Of a stretch of 64,000 nt of DNA, positions 10,195 to 18,855 are shown piece by piece; the stretch's first letter is position 1, and each line of letters begins with the position of its first letter. The position numbers were made by a program, and so were the translations under genes. The stretch is from positions 5,694-69,693 of the forward strand of contig PLKG01000095.1 of assembly GCA_003140595.1 (NCBI GenBank). Reading direction: 5' to 3'. The notes below the pieces were generated by a model, which was not told the origin of the DNA, did no database searches, and saw only the letters and a program-made list of their open reading frames with translations. The DNA is from Acidimicrobiaceae bacterium (GTDB taxonomy: Bacteria > Actinomycetota > Acidimicrobiia > Acidimicrobiales > Bog-793).

Positions 10195-11298
10195 GTGACC
10201 GAGATGCTGCCAGCTGGAGAGTGGCCCAGAGAGGCCTGGCTCAGGCGGGCTTGGCCGCGTATTCGGTTCCTCGCAGGGATCGCGCTCGGCGGCGTCGCTC
10301 TCTGGGCGGTTTCCGGTCAAGGTGTTGAGCTGGCCGGGGCGTCGACCGAGCTCTCCCATCTCGACGCTGGATGGTTGCTGGTCGCGGTGGGAGTCGAGGC
10401 GCTGTCGCTTGTTGCTTTTGCTCGCATGGATCAGCTCTTGCTCCGATGCGGCGGAGTTCACTCCGGAATCGGGCGGTTCACAGTGATCTCGTTCGCTGCT
10501 GGTGCGATCGCGAGCTCACTACCGGCGGGACCGCTTGTCGCGAGTGCCTTCGGCTTCCGGCAATTTCGCCGCCTCGGCGCGTCGGAGGCGCTCTCAGCCT
10601 GGGCGTTGTTGGCGACGCTCGTGTTCTCCTCACTCGGGCTCGCTCTGCTTGCCACCGCCGGCCTCGTTGTCGCAGAGCGCCAAGGTTCGGCTTTCGACCT
10701 TGTAGGAGTCACCGTTGCAGTCTTCGCGATCACGATCGCCGGGGCCGCCGTCTTGTACCAGCGACGGGCACTCGCCAGGTTCCTCGTATTGACGCTCAAA
10801 GCCTCACGCCGCCTCACCGGCTTGCCGCGTCGGCCGGCTGACGCGCTCGTCTCCCAAATCGGGGCCAGCTTGAGTCAGGTCGTTCTCGGCAAGCGAGACC
10901 TCCTGGTCGTCCTCGCTTGGTCGCTCGCCAACTGGGCCCTCGACTGTTCATGCCTGGTGTTCGCCTATCTCGCAGTCGGAGCAGGTGTGCCCTGGCGTGG
11001 GTTGCTTCTCGCCTACGGGGCGGGTCAGTTGGCCGCGAACCTCCCGATCACCCCAGGCGGCCTCGGCGTCGTCGAGGGGAGCCTCGTCATCGCGCTCGTC
11101 GCGTTCGGAGGTGGCCAGATCAGCACCGTCGCGGCCGTCCTGTTGTACCGGATCGTGAGCTTCTGGGGATTCCTCCCCGTCGGATGGGCCTTCTGGGGCG
11201 GCCTCACCTGGCACAATCGCCGCGTTGATCGTGCTGTCGCCCTGGCGCGTGCCGCATCGGACTCAGGCGAGCACTGGGCCTCGGAGCTTCCGGAATGA
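10195..11298 (+). CDS. Lysylphosphatidylglycerol synthase TM / YbhN-like membrane protein
   Basis: LPITPGGLGVVEGSL, AAVLLYRIVSFW; polytopic. Confidence 0.85.
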   Translation: MTEMLPAGEWPREAWLRRAWPRIRFLAGIALGGVALWAVSGQGVELAGASTELSHLDAGWLLVAVGVEALSLVAFARMDQLLLRCGGVHSGIGRFTVISFAAGAIASSLPAGPLVASAFGFRQFRRLGASEALSAWALLATLVFSSLGLALLATAGLVVAERQGSAFDLVGVTVAVFAITIAGAAVLYQRRALARFLVLTLKASRRLTGLPRRPADALVSQIGASLSQVVLGKRDLLVVLAWSLANWALDCSCLVFAYLAVGAGVPWRGLLLAYGAGQLAANLPITPGGLGVVEGSLVIALVAFGGGQISTVAAVLLYRIVSFWGFLPVGWAFWGGLTWHNRRVDRAVALARAASDSGEHWASELPE

Positions 11299-11392
11299 CT
11301 CGCAGCGCGCACGGGTCCGTGGAGCGTCGGGAGCGCCTCGTCGTTCGTGCGAGCGCAGCGGTGTTGTGCTGTAGTCGTGAGGAGGACCGCTC

Positions 11393-11833
11393 ATGAAAGC
11401 CAAGCTCGTCGGGTTCGTCGCCATCGTGACGGTGACCGGGTTGCTCGGTGGCTGCACTGCTGCCCGCAACGGGCTCGGCACACGTGACAGCGCTTGTTTC
11501 AGGGTCTACCCGGAGGCGGTGGCTGCGGTTCACGGCCACGGCCGGTTCGCCGGCGAGCGATATCTGCCGCCGCGCTCGCTGATCATCGACCTGCATGACG
11601 TTGTGGTGCCCGACACCTTGCAGGACGCGGCCCGCGTTGCCACGTGTCTTGTTGCCTTTGAGGGCCACTTCACCACCTCGAACGTCAAGCTGGGCTGGAG
11701 CCCGAGTGGCCTTACGGGCAGGACCGCCGTGGTCGTCATCCGTCAGCGCGATCTGGTGTTGCTGGCGACTGTGGTCCTCGGTCGCATCCCGCGCTCGCTC
11801 GTGTTCGCCCGCGTGTTCCCGAGGCTGCGATAG
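11393..11833 (+). CDS. Hypothetical lipoprotein
   Basis: SD GAGGAGG; lipobox LLGG-C. Confidence 0.7.
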   Translation: MKAKLVGFVAIVTVTGLLGGCTAARNGLGTRDSACFRVYPEAVAAVHGHGRFAGERYLPPRSLIIDLHDVVVPDTLQDAARVATCLVAFEGHFTTSNVKLGWSPSGLTGRTAVVVIRQRDLVLLATVVLGRIPRSLVFARVFPRLR

Positions 11834-11857
11834 GTCCCAGGAGAGTCGGGCTCCTCG

Positions 11858-14482
11858 TCAGCTCCCTGGCTCTGGCCCAGGGCTGTTCTCGGTCGCCAGT
11901 TCGACCTCGACCGAAACAGCGGCTGCGCCCGGGTCACCGACGAGTTCGAGTTGCACGATGGCGCCGGCGTCCGAAAGATCGCCGGAGGCGAGCTCGACAA
12001 GCCCCACGAGCGAAGGAGGCCCAGTCACGCGACACCGGGCGACCTGAGTGCGCATCGAGCCCTTAGCCTCGGATTTCGCCCGCCGCAGAGCCACGAGAAC
12101 CACCGCTACTGCCTCGACGAGATCGGGACGCGCGTCGGGGCCGGCCTCGGCCGCCAACTGAGCGCCGGAGGGCCAGCTGGAACCATGAATCGAGCCGGAC
12201 TGCCACCACGACCATGCCTCCTCGGTGCAGTAGGGGAGGAATGGCGCGAACAGCCTCAGCAGCACCGACAGGCTCAGTGCCAGCGCGTGCCGGGCGGACG
12301 CGGGACCAGCCTCGGACGGCTCGCCGTAGGAGCGGGCCTTGACGAGTTCGAGGTAGTCGTCGCAGTACGACCAGAAGAAGGACTCGGTCACTTCGAGGGC
12401 CCGTGCATGGTCGTAGGAGTCGAATTCGGCCGTCGCTTGGTCGACGACGGCCGCGAGGCGTGCCAGCATGGCCGCGTCGACCGCCGTGAGAGCTGCTGGC
12501 GAGACAGGTGCAGGGGAATCGGAGCCGTCCAATCGTGACAGCACGAAACGGCTCGCGTTCAGGATCTTGATGGCGAGCCGCCGGCCGACCTTCATCTGCT
12601 CCTCGCTGAACACGGTGTCGGCGCCCAGGCGAGCTGATCCCGCCCAGTAACGCACGGCGTCGGTGCTGTACTTCTCGAGGTACTCGAGAGGAGTGATGGC
12701 GTTGCCTAGGGACTTGCCGATCTTCTTGCGATCGGGGTCGAGGATCCATCCCGAGATGGCGACGTGGCGCCACGGGAGTGCGGAGTGTTCGAGCTCGGAG
12801 CGCACGATCGTCGAGAACAGCCAAGTCCTGATGATCTCGTGCGCTTGCGGTCGCAGGTCCATGGGGAAGACCTTGGCGAAGAAGTCCGGGTCCTCCTCCC
12901 ATTTGCCCGCGATCTGCGGTGTCAAAGACGAGGTGGCCCAGGTGTCCATTACATCGGGGTCGCCGACGAACCCACCAGGTTTGCCGCGTTGTCCTTCGGT
13001 GTAGCCCTCTGGGACGTCAGTCGACGGGTCGACAGGCAGGCGCTGCTCGGAGGCGAGCAGCAGACCGTCGACCGCGACGTCGCCCTCGTCGTCGAGCCGG
13101 TACCAGACCGGGAAGGGAACGCCGAAGAATCGCTGACGCGAGATGTTCCAGTCTCCTGTCAGTCCTTCCACCCAGGCTTCGTAGCGGGCCCGCATGTGAG
13201 CGGGGTGCCACTGCAACTCGCGGCCCCGCTCGAGGAGCTTCTCGCGGCGGTCGAGGGTTCGCACGTACCACTGCGAGGACGTGACGATCTCGAGAGGCCG
13301 CCGACCCCGTTCGTAGTACTTGACGGCATGGGTGATGGCACGCGGCTCGCCGAGCAGGTCGCCGGACTCACGAAGTAGCTCCACGATGCGCGCCTGGGCA
13401 CGCTTGATCGGCAGGCCTTCGATCTCCGCGTACCTCGCGTTCGCCCGCCCGGGGTCGACCGACTCCCAGCCCGGTGCTCCGAAGGGTGCCGGACCCAGGC
13501 GACCATCCCTCCCGACCACCGAGCGCGTTGGCAAAGCGAGGTCCCGCCACCACGTCACGTCCGTCAAGTCTCCGAAGGTGCAGATCATCGCTATGCCCGA
13601 TCCCTTGTCCGGCTCTGCGAGCTCGTGGGAAAGGACTGGGACGGGCACACCGAACAACGGAGTCAGGACCTCGGAGCCGAACAAGGCCTGGTAACGCTCA
13701 TCGCCCGGATGGGCGACGAGCGCCACACAAGCCGGGACCAGCTCGGGTCGCGTCGTCTCAATCTCGACGGGATGACCTTGCTGAGAGGCTCTTGCAAAGC
13801 GGAGCCGATGGTAGAAGCCAGGGTCCTCCTTGTCGACGAGCTCGGCCTGGGCGACCGCGGTCTGGAAGTCGACGTCCCACAGCGTCGGTGCTTCTTGTCG
13901 GTAGGCCTGACTGCGGGCCAAAAGGCGCAGGAAACCGCGCTGCGAGGCTCTTCTCGAAACTTCACCGATCGTCGTGTAGTGCTGGGTCCAGTCGTACGAG
14001 GCGCCCAGCTTGCGGTACAGGCGCTCGAAAGCCTGCTCGTCCTCGGCTATGAGGACGTTGCACAACTCGATGAAGTTCGGCCGCGATATCGGGACCGCAC
14101 GGGCGTTCTTGTCCCGCTTGTGCTCAAGCGAGGGTGGCACGAAGTCCGCGTCGTAAGGAAGCGACGGGTCGCAACTGACCCCGAAGTAGTCCTGAACGCG
14201 GCGCTCGGTGGGCAGGCCGTTGTCGTCCCAGCCGATCGGGTAGAAGACCGCCTTGCCGGTCATTCGTTGGTACCGGGCGACGATATCGGTCTGGGTGTAG
14301 GAGAACACGTGACCGACGTGGAGCGAACCGGACACCGTCGGCGGCGGTGTGTCGATCGAGAACACGCCCGCGCGGCCCCCGGCCGGGTCGAAGCGGTATG
14401 TGCCGTCCTGCTCCCAGCGCGTCGCCCAACGATCCTCGAGGCCCTCCAGCGAGGGTCGGTCGGGCACGCGGGGAGTAGCCAT
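11858..14482 (-). CDS. valS: Valine--tRNA ligase
   Basis: IDTPPPTVSGSLHVGH, GWDDNGLPTE, DWNISRQR, DVMDTWATSS, KMSKS-equivalent KIGKS; start set at ATG 14482. Confidence 0.96.
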   Translation of the reverse strand: MATPRVPDRPSLEGLEDRWATRWEQDGTYRFDPAGGRAGVFSIDTPPPTVSGSLHVGHVFSYTQTDIVARYQRMTGKAVFYPIGWDDNGLPTERRVQDYFGVSCDPSLPYDADFVPPSLEHKRDKNARAVPISRPNFIELCNVLIAEDEQAFERLYRKLGASYDWTQHYTTIGEVSRRASQRGFLRLLARSQAYRQEAPTLWDVDFQTAVAQAELVDKEDPGFYHRLRFARASQQGHPVEIETTRPELVPACVALVAHPGDERYQALFGSEVLTPLFGVPVPVLSHELAEPDKGSGIAMICTFGDLTDVTWWRDLALPTRSVVGRDGRLGPAPFGAPGWESVDPGRANARYAEIEGLPIKRAQARIVELLRESGDLLGEPRAITHAVKYYERGRRPLEIVTSSQWYVRTLDRREKLLERGRELQWHPAHMRARYEAWVEGLTGDWNISRQRFFGVPFPVWYRLDDEGDVAVDGLLLASEQRLPVDPSTDVPEGYTEGQRGKPGGFVGDPDVMDTWATSSLTPQIAGKWEEDPDFFAKVFPMDLRPQAHEIIRTWLFSTIVRSELEHSALPWRHVAISGWILDPDRKKIGKSLGNAITPLEYLEKYSTDAVRYWAGSARLGADTVFSEEQMKVGRRLAIKILNASRFVLSRLDGSDSPAPVSPAALTAVDAAMLARLAAVVDQATAEFDSYDHARALEVTESFFWSYCDDYLELVKARSYGEPSEAGPASARHALALSLSVLLRLFAPFLPYCTEEAWSWWQSGSIHGSSWPSGAQLAAEAGPDARPDLVEAVAVVLVALRRAKSEAKGSMRTQVARCRVTGPPSLVGLVELASGDLSDAGAIVQLELVGDPGAAAVSVEVELATENSPGPEPGS

Positions 14483-14502
14483 TGGCCTAGTACGGTACTC
14501 CT
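14483..14502. promoter_or_regulatory. Bidirectional promoter with overlapping -10 hexamers
   Basis: + strand TACGGT (14491-14496) 6 nt before cysS GTG; - strand TACCGT (14497-14492) 9 nt before valS ATG. Confidence 0.65.
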
Positions 14503-15861
14503 GTGTTGCGCCTTCATGACACGGCCCTAGGCCACAGCCGGGAGCTCGAGACCCGCGAGCCTGGCAGGATGGGCTTGTACATCTGCGGTTCGACCGTTTA
14601 CGGACCGCCTCACATCGGTCACGGCCGCTTTTCACTCGTGTATGACGTCCTCAGGCGCTATCTCGAGTACTCGGGGATCGTCGTCGACCACGTCTCCAAC
14701 GTGACCGACATCGATGACAAGATCATCGCTCGGGCGAACGAGGAGCACCGACGGCCGGAGGAGATCGCGGATCAGTACGAGGCCGAATGGTGGGACGCGA
14801 TGGGCACCTTGGGATGCCTCCTGCCAACGCAGGTCCCGCACGCGACTGCCTTCATCGAGGAGATGGTGGAGCTCGTCGCCGGGCTCGTGGCGCGCGACTG
14901 TGCCTATGAGACGGTCGACGGCGTCTACTTCGCCGTCGCGACGGTCGACGACTACGGGCTGCTCGCGCACCAGAGCCTTGCCTCGCTGCGGTCAGGCGCT
15001 CGCGTAGAGGTGAATGAGAATAAGCGCTCGCCGTTGGACTTCGCCCTATGGAAGAAGGCAAAACCTGCTGAGCCCTGGTGGGCCTCTCCCTGGGGCCCCG
15101 GACGGCCCGGCTGGCACACAGAGTGCGTTGTCATGTCGCTAGCCCTGCTCGGCGATGGATTCGACCTCCACGGCGGCGGCCAAGACCTGATTTTCCCGCA
15201 TCACGAGAACGAGCGGACGCAAGCCGAAGCGATCGGCAGGCCGTTTGCGCGCTGTTGGATGCACAACGGCATGGTCGAAGCGCGCGGGGGAGAGAAGATG
15301 TCGAAGTCGTTGGGCAACGTTCTCACGCTGTCAGATCTCTTCGAGCAGAGTGATCCGCGCGCGTACCGCTTGTTGGTGCTGCAGTCTCACTATCGTGCGC
15401 CGATCGAAGTGACAGCCACGACGTTGAGTGACGCCGTGTCGGCGCTCGGCCGGCTGGATGCCCTGAGCGGCCGGGTGGCCGAGCTGGGCCGGCTCGACAT
15501 CCAGCGGAGCGATCCTGAGGTGAAGGGCGCTTTCGTCGAGAGGATGCAGGACGACCTCGATACGCCGGGCGCGACTGCTGTGCTCTTCGACGCGATAAGG
15601 CGCGCGAACGTTGCTTTCGACGCCCGGGATGCGCAAAGAGCCACCGAGCTGACCCGGGCCGTGCTCGAATGCTTCGGAGCCGTCGGACTCGAGGCGAAGG
15701 GATCCGGCGAGATTCCTGAGGCTGTGCTCGAGCTCGGCCAGCGTCGAGACCAGGCCCGTGCCGCGCGTGACTTCGCCAACGCTGACGTGCTGCGTTCGGA
15801 GATTGTCGCACTTGGCTACGTGGTCGAGGACACCTCTTCGGGCACGAGAATTCGCCGCTGA
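14503..15861 (+). CDS. cysS: Cysteine--tRNA ligase
   Basis: YICGSTVYGPPHIGH, NVTDIDDKII, DFALWK, GRPGWHTEC, HHENE, KMSKS. Confidence 0.97.
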   Translation: MLRLHDTALGHSRELETREPGRMGLYICGSTVYGPPHIGHGRFSLVYDVLRRYLEYSGIVVDHVSNVTDIDDKIIARANEEHRRPEEIADQYEAEWWDAMGTLGCLLPTQVPHATAFIEEMVELVAGLVARDCAYETVDGVYFAVATVDDYGLLAHQSLASLRSGARVEVNENKRSPLDFALWKKAKPAEPWWASPWGPGRPGWHTECVVMSLALLGDGFDLHGGGQDLIFPHHENERTQAEAIGRPFARCWMHNGMVEARGGEKMSKSLGNVLTLSDLFEQSDPRAYRLLVLQSHYRAPIEVTATTLSDAVSALGRLDALSGRVAELGRLDIQRSDPEVKGAFVERMQDDLDTPGATAVLFDAIRRANVAFDARDAQRATELTRAVLECFGAVGLEAKGSGEIPEAVLELGQRRDQARAARDFANADVLRSEIVALGYVVEDTSSGTRIRR

Positions 15862-15886
15862 GCTTGGGTTTTCGACGGCCTTGGCG

Positions 15887-15914
15887 CTGCAGCGGCGCTG
15901 CAGCGCCGCTGCAG
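15887..15914. repeat. Perfect 28-bp palindrome downstream of cysS
   Basis: CTGCAGCGGCGCTGCAGCGCCGCTGCAG equals its reverse complement. Confidence 0.9.
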
Positions 15915-16090
15915 GTCGACCCGAGTGGATCTGGGCTAACAGGCGCTGGGAAAGCTCTGCTACGTTGTCGGTCCAGAGCAACCGGATCGTGATGTAGCGA
16001 GGGGTTGCCGAGTTGTCGGGCGATAACCCGGTTTGCGGGCATCATCCCGGATCTCGGCCACGCCAAGTCAGGCAGCCCGACCCTGGTGCT

Positions 16091-16117
16091 CTTGTACTTG
16101 CAACTTGCAACCTGCAA
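16091..16117 (+). repeat. Tandem heptamer repeats upstream of the cold-shock gene
   Basis: CTTGTA CTTGCAA CTTGCAA CCTGCAA. Confidence 0.8.
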
Positions 16118-16141
16118 TCTGAGACAAAGGGGAACGCCACC

Positions 16142-16342
16142 GTGGCGACCGGCGTAGTGAAGTGGTTCAACAGCGAGAAGGGCTACGGCTTCATCTCACA
16201 GTCCGACGGCGTGGACGTTTTCGTTCACCACTCGTCTATCCAAATGTCCGGTTACCGGACCCTCACCGAGGGCCAGGAAGTCGAATTCGACGTTCAGGAG
16301 GGCCAGAAGGGGCTGCAGGCAGCCAACGTCCGGGCGCGCTGA
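16142..16342 (+). CDS. cspA: Cold-shock protein
   Basis: [24 protein letters not shown] (RNP1/RNP2); purine-rich SD AAAGGGGA. Confidence 0.96.
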   Translation: MATGVVKWFNSEKGYGFISQSDGVDVFVHHSSIQMSGYRTLTEGQEVEFDVQEGQKGLQAANVRAR

Positions 16343-16363
16343 GTCCGCGCACTCCCGGTGGAT

Positions 16364-16380
16364 CCGCTGCTGAGCAGCGG
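16364..16380 (+). terminator. GC-rich hairpin after cspA, possible terminator
   Basis: CCGCTGC-TGA-GCAGCGG; no U-tract. Confidence 0.4.
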
Positions 16381-16607
16381 TCCTCGCAATCGTCGGGTCC
16401 TGTCCAACCGGGCTCGGCCTCAAAGCTCGGTTCCATATGTCGAGCCGCCTGTTCTTCGCGCCTCGGACGACGGGGCCGGCCACGCGCGCTGTCACAGGTA
16501 GCCGAGGCTGCGCCGTTTCCGGCGGGGGTCGTGCGGTCTCCAGCGACTGGTCGATGACGTCGGAGGAGCCGAGTAAGTGGCACGCGGTCCCGGACCCGAG
16601 GTAGGCG

Positions 16608-17828
16608 ATGAGTGACTTCTCGATGGAGCTGAACGAAGATCAGCTCCAGGTTCTCAGGTGGGTTCACGATTTCGCCGAGAACGTGGTGCGTCCCGCGGCC
16701 CACGAGTGGGACGAGCGCGAGGAGACACCCTGGCCGATCATCGAGGAGGCCGCCAGGATCGGGCTCTACTCGTTCGACTTCGTGGCGAATTGCTTTGCTG
16801 ATCCGACCGGGCTGCTGTTCCCACTGGTCAACGAGGAGCTGGCCTGGGGTGACGCGGGCATCGCTCTCGCGCTCCTCGGTTCGACTCTCGGTGTCGCCGG
16901 GATCGTTGCAGCCGGCACTCCCGAGCAGGTGGCCGAATGGGCTCCGCGGTGCTTCGGTCACGTCGGTGGCATTCAGCTCACGGCCCTGTGCGTGTCCGAG
17001 GTCGATGCGGGACCGGACTTGGGTGGCATGAGAACCCGGGCCGAGTACGACGCAGCGAGCGATACGTGGACCCTGAACGGGACGAAGACCTGGGTCACAA
17101 ACGGCGGCATCGCCGACATCCACCTGGTCGCGGCGTCAGCGGAGTCGGACCTGGACCTGGGCGTGGGTGGCCAGGCGTTCTTCATCGTGCCGCCGAAGAC
17201 TCCTGGACTCGCGATGGGCCGCAAGTTCCAGAAGATGGGTATGCGCGCGTCCCACACCGCTGAGGTCGTTCTGCACGACGTGACGGTGCCCGGCCGGTGC
17301 CTGCTCGGTGGCAAGGACCGCCTCGACGAGCGGATCGCGCGCGCACGCGAGGTGACGGACGGGAATTCGTCTGCCACAACGGCGGCCTTCGAGGCGACCC
17401 GGCCTGCCGTCGCTGCCCAGGCGGTCGGCATCGCGCGTGCCGCGTACGAGTACGCCCTCGACTATGCCAAGCAGCGCAAGACCTTCGGGCGTCCGATCAT
17501 CGAGCGTCAGGCCGTTGCGTTCAAGCTTGCCGACATGAGGACGCGTATCGACGCCTCGCGCCTGTTGTACATGCGGGCCGCGTCGATGGTCATGTCGGGG
17601 ACGGCTTTGACAGCAGCAGAAGGCTCCATGGCCAAGCTGTTCGCCGGCGAGACGGCCGTATGGGTCAGCGAGCAGGCGATCCAGATCCTCGGGGCCTGTG
17701 GCTACTCGCGCGAGTATCCCGTCGAGCGTTGGCACCGCGACTCCAAGGCCTACACGATCTTTGAGGGGACCAGTGAGACCCAGCGCCTTGTGATAGCCAG
17801 AGCCATATCCGGAGTGGACGTCCAGTAG
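16608..17828 (+). CDS. Acyl-CoA dehydrogenase
   Basis: LNGTKTWVTNG, KMGMRASHT, RKTFGRPI, IFEGTSETQRLVIAR. Confidence 0.95.
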   Translation: MSDFSMELNEDQLQVLRWVHDFAENVVRPAAHEWDEREETPWPIIEEAARIGLYSFDFVANCFADPTGLLFPLVNEELAWGDAGIALALLGSTLGVAGIVAAGTPEQVAEWAPRCFGHVGGIQLTALCVSEVDAGPDLGGMRTRAEYDAASDTWTLNGTKTWVTNGGIADIHLVAASAESDLDLGVGGQAFFIVPPKTPGLAMGRKFQKMGMRASHTAEVVLHDVTVPGRCLLGGKDRLDERIARAREVTDGNSSATTAAFEATRPAVAAQAVGIARAAYEYALDYAKQRKTFGRPIIERQAVAFKLADMRTRIDASRLLYMRAASMVMSGTALTAAEGSMAKLFAGETAVWVSEQAIQILGACGYSREYPVERWHRDSKAYTIFEGTSETQRLVIARAISGVDVQ

Positions 17829-18200
17829 TCGAGAGGCTGGCGGCACGATGGCCTTTGAACCAATAGCGATCGACCGGATCATGCGCGGCATCGTGCACAA
17901 GTGGGACGGGGATCCCGGTCACGACCGTGGTGGCCACGATCGCGCAAGCGATGACGACGGCCTAAATCCTGGGCGGAGCCGCTCCCGTAGCCGGACACGA
18001 CGTTCGCGAGGCATCGGGGTTCGCCACCGCCGCCGTTGACGAGCACGACCTAGCCCCTACAGAGATGGCGGAGCGTGGTCTGATGACTCTCTACGGTCGA
18101 GCTGAGAAGTCAGGGCGCGCTCAGCACGCGAAAGGTGCCGAGGACGCACCCCTCGACACGGTCAATCGACACCGTGACGAGCCCGCGGCAGAATCTTCCC

Positions 18201-18671
18201 ATGGCCGAGTCGCAATCTCCTCGAAGGTATGCCGAACCGGGCTGGTTCACGCGCAATGTCGCTAATCGTCTTGTAGCGACGCTGACACGGGCGGGTGTGA
18301 GCGTTTGGGGATCGCGCGAGCTCCGGGTCCGCGGGCGCACGAGCGGGGAGTGGCGGTCTACGCCGGTAAACCTGCTCAGCTTCGCCGGCGAGCACTACTT
18401 GGTGGCTCCTCGCGGTGAGACGCAGTGGGTGCGCAACCTTCGCGTCGCTGGTGACGGCGAGTTACGCGTCGGACGCCGGACTCAGGTGTTTCAGGGGCGA
18501 GAGCTGGCCGACGCAGAAAAGCCCGACATTCTCCGCGCCTACCTCAAGAGGTGGAAGGCGGAAGTGGGTGTCTTCTTTGCAGGTGTCGGCGCTGATGCGT
18601 CGGACGCCGACTTGCTTCGCATCGCACCGGGGCACCCGGTCTTCCGAATCGCGTTCACCGAAGACCCGTGA
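18201..18671 (+). CDS. Deazaflavin (F420)-dependent nitroreductase-family oxidoreductase
   Basis: LRVRGRTSGEWRSTPV, VAPRGETQWVRNLR, HPVFRI. Confidence 0.85.
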   Translation: MAESQSPRRYAEPGWFTRNVANRLVATLTRAGVSVWGSRELRVRGRTSGEWRSTPVNLLSFAGEHYLVAPRGETQWVRNLRVAGDGELRVGRRTQVFQGRELADAEKPDILRAYLKRWKAEVGVFFAGVGADASDADLLRIAPGHPVFRIAFTEDP

Positions 18672-18855
18672 ACAGGCGCCTTTTTCCTCGAACAGGGATC
18701 CTTCGGCGGCATTTACCGGTAACCGCATGTCGGCCACGGATCAACCCAGCCACCGGCCAGCCTGCGCTGTCAGTCACGGCGAGCTACGCGTCGCGGAGTG
18801 GCGCAGCTCATGAGCGCTCGGGGGCGAGCACCGCAAGGACGGCGGGAAGAGAGTC

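Noticed and set aside
14483..14635. Extended valS N-terminus from the ORF track
   Set aside because: It would overlap cysS; ValRS-like sequence starts at ATG 14482
15995..16097. SAM riboswitch-like words on the minus strand (CAAGAG...CGGCAACC)
   Set aside because: Wrong orientation for any downstream gene, and the remaining core elements are missing
17848..18039. 63-aa ORF after the acyl-CoA dehydrogenase
   Set aside because: No recognisable motif and an Arg/Ser low-complexity tail; cannot support it as a gene
18070..18155. Hammerhead-like CTGATGA...CGAAA
   Set aside because: Stem II closing pair and the UH cleavage site after stem III are absent
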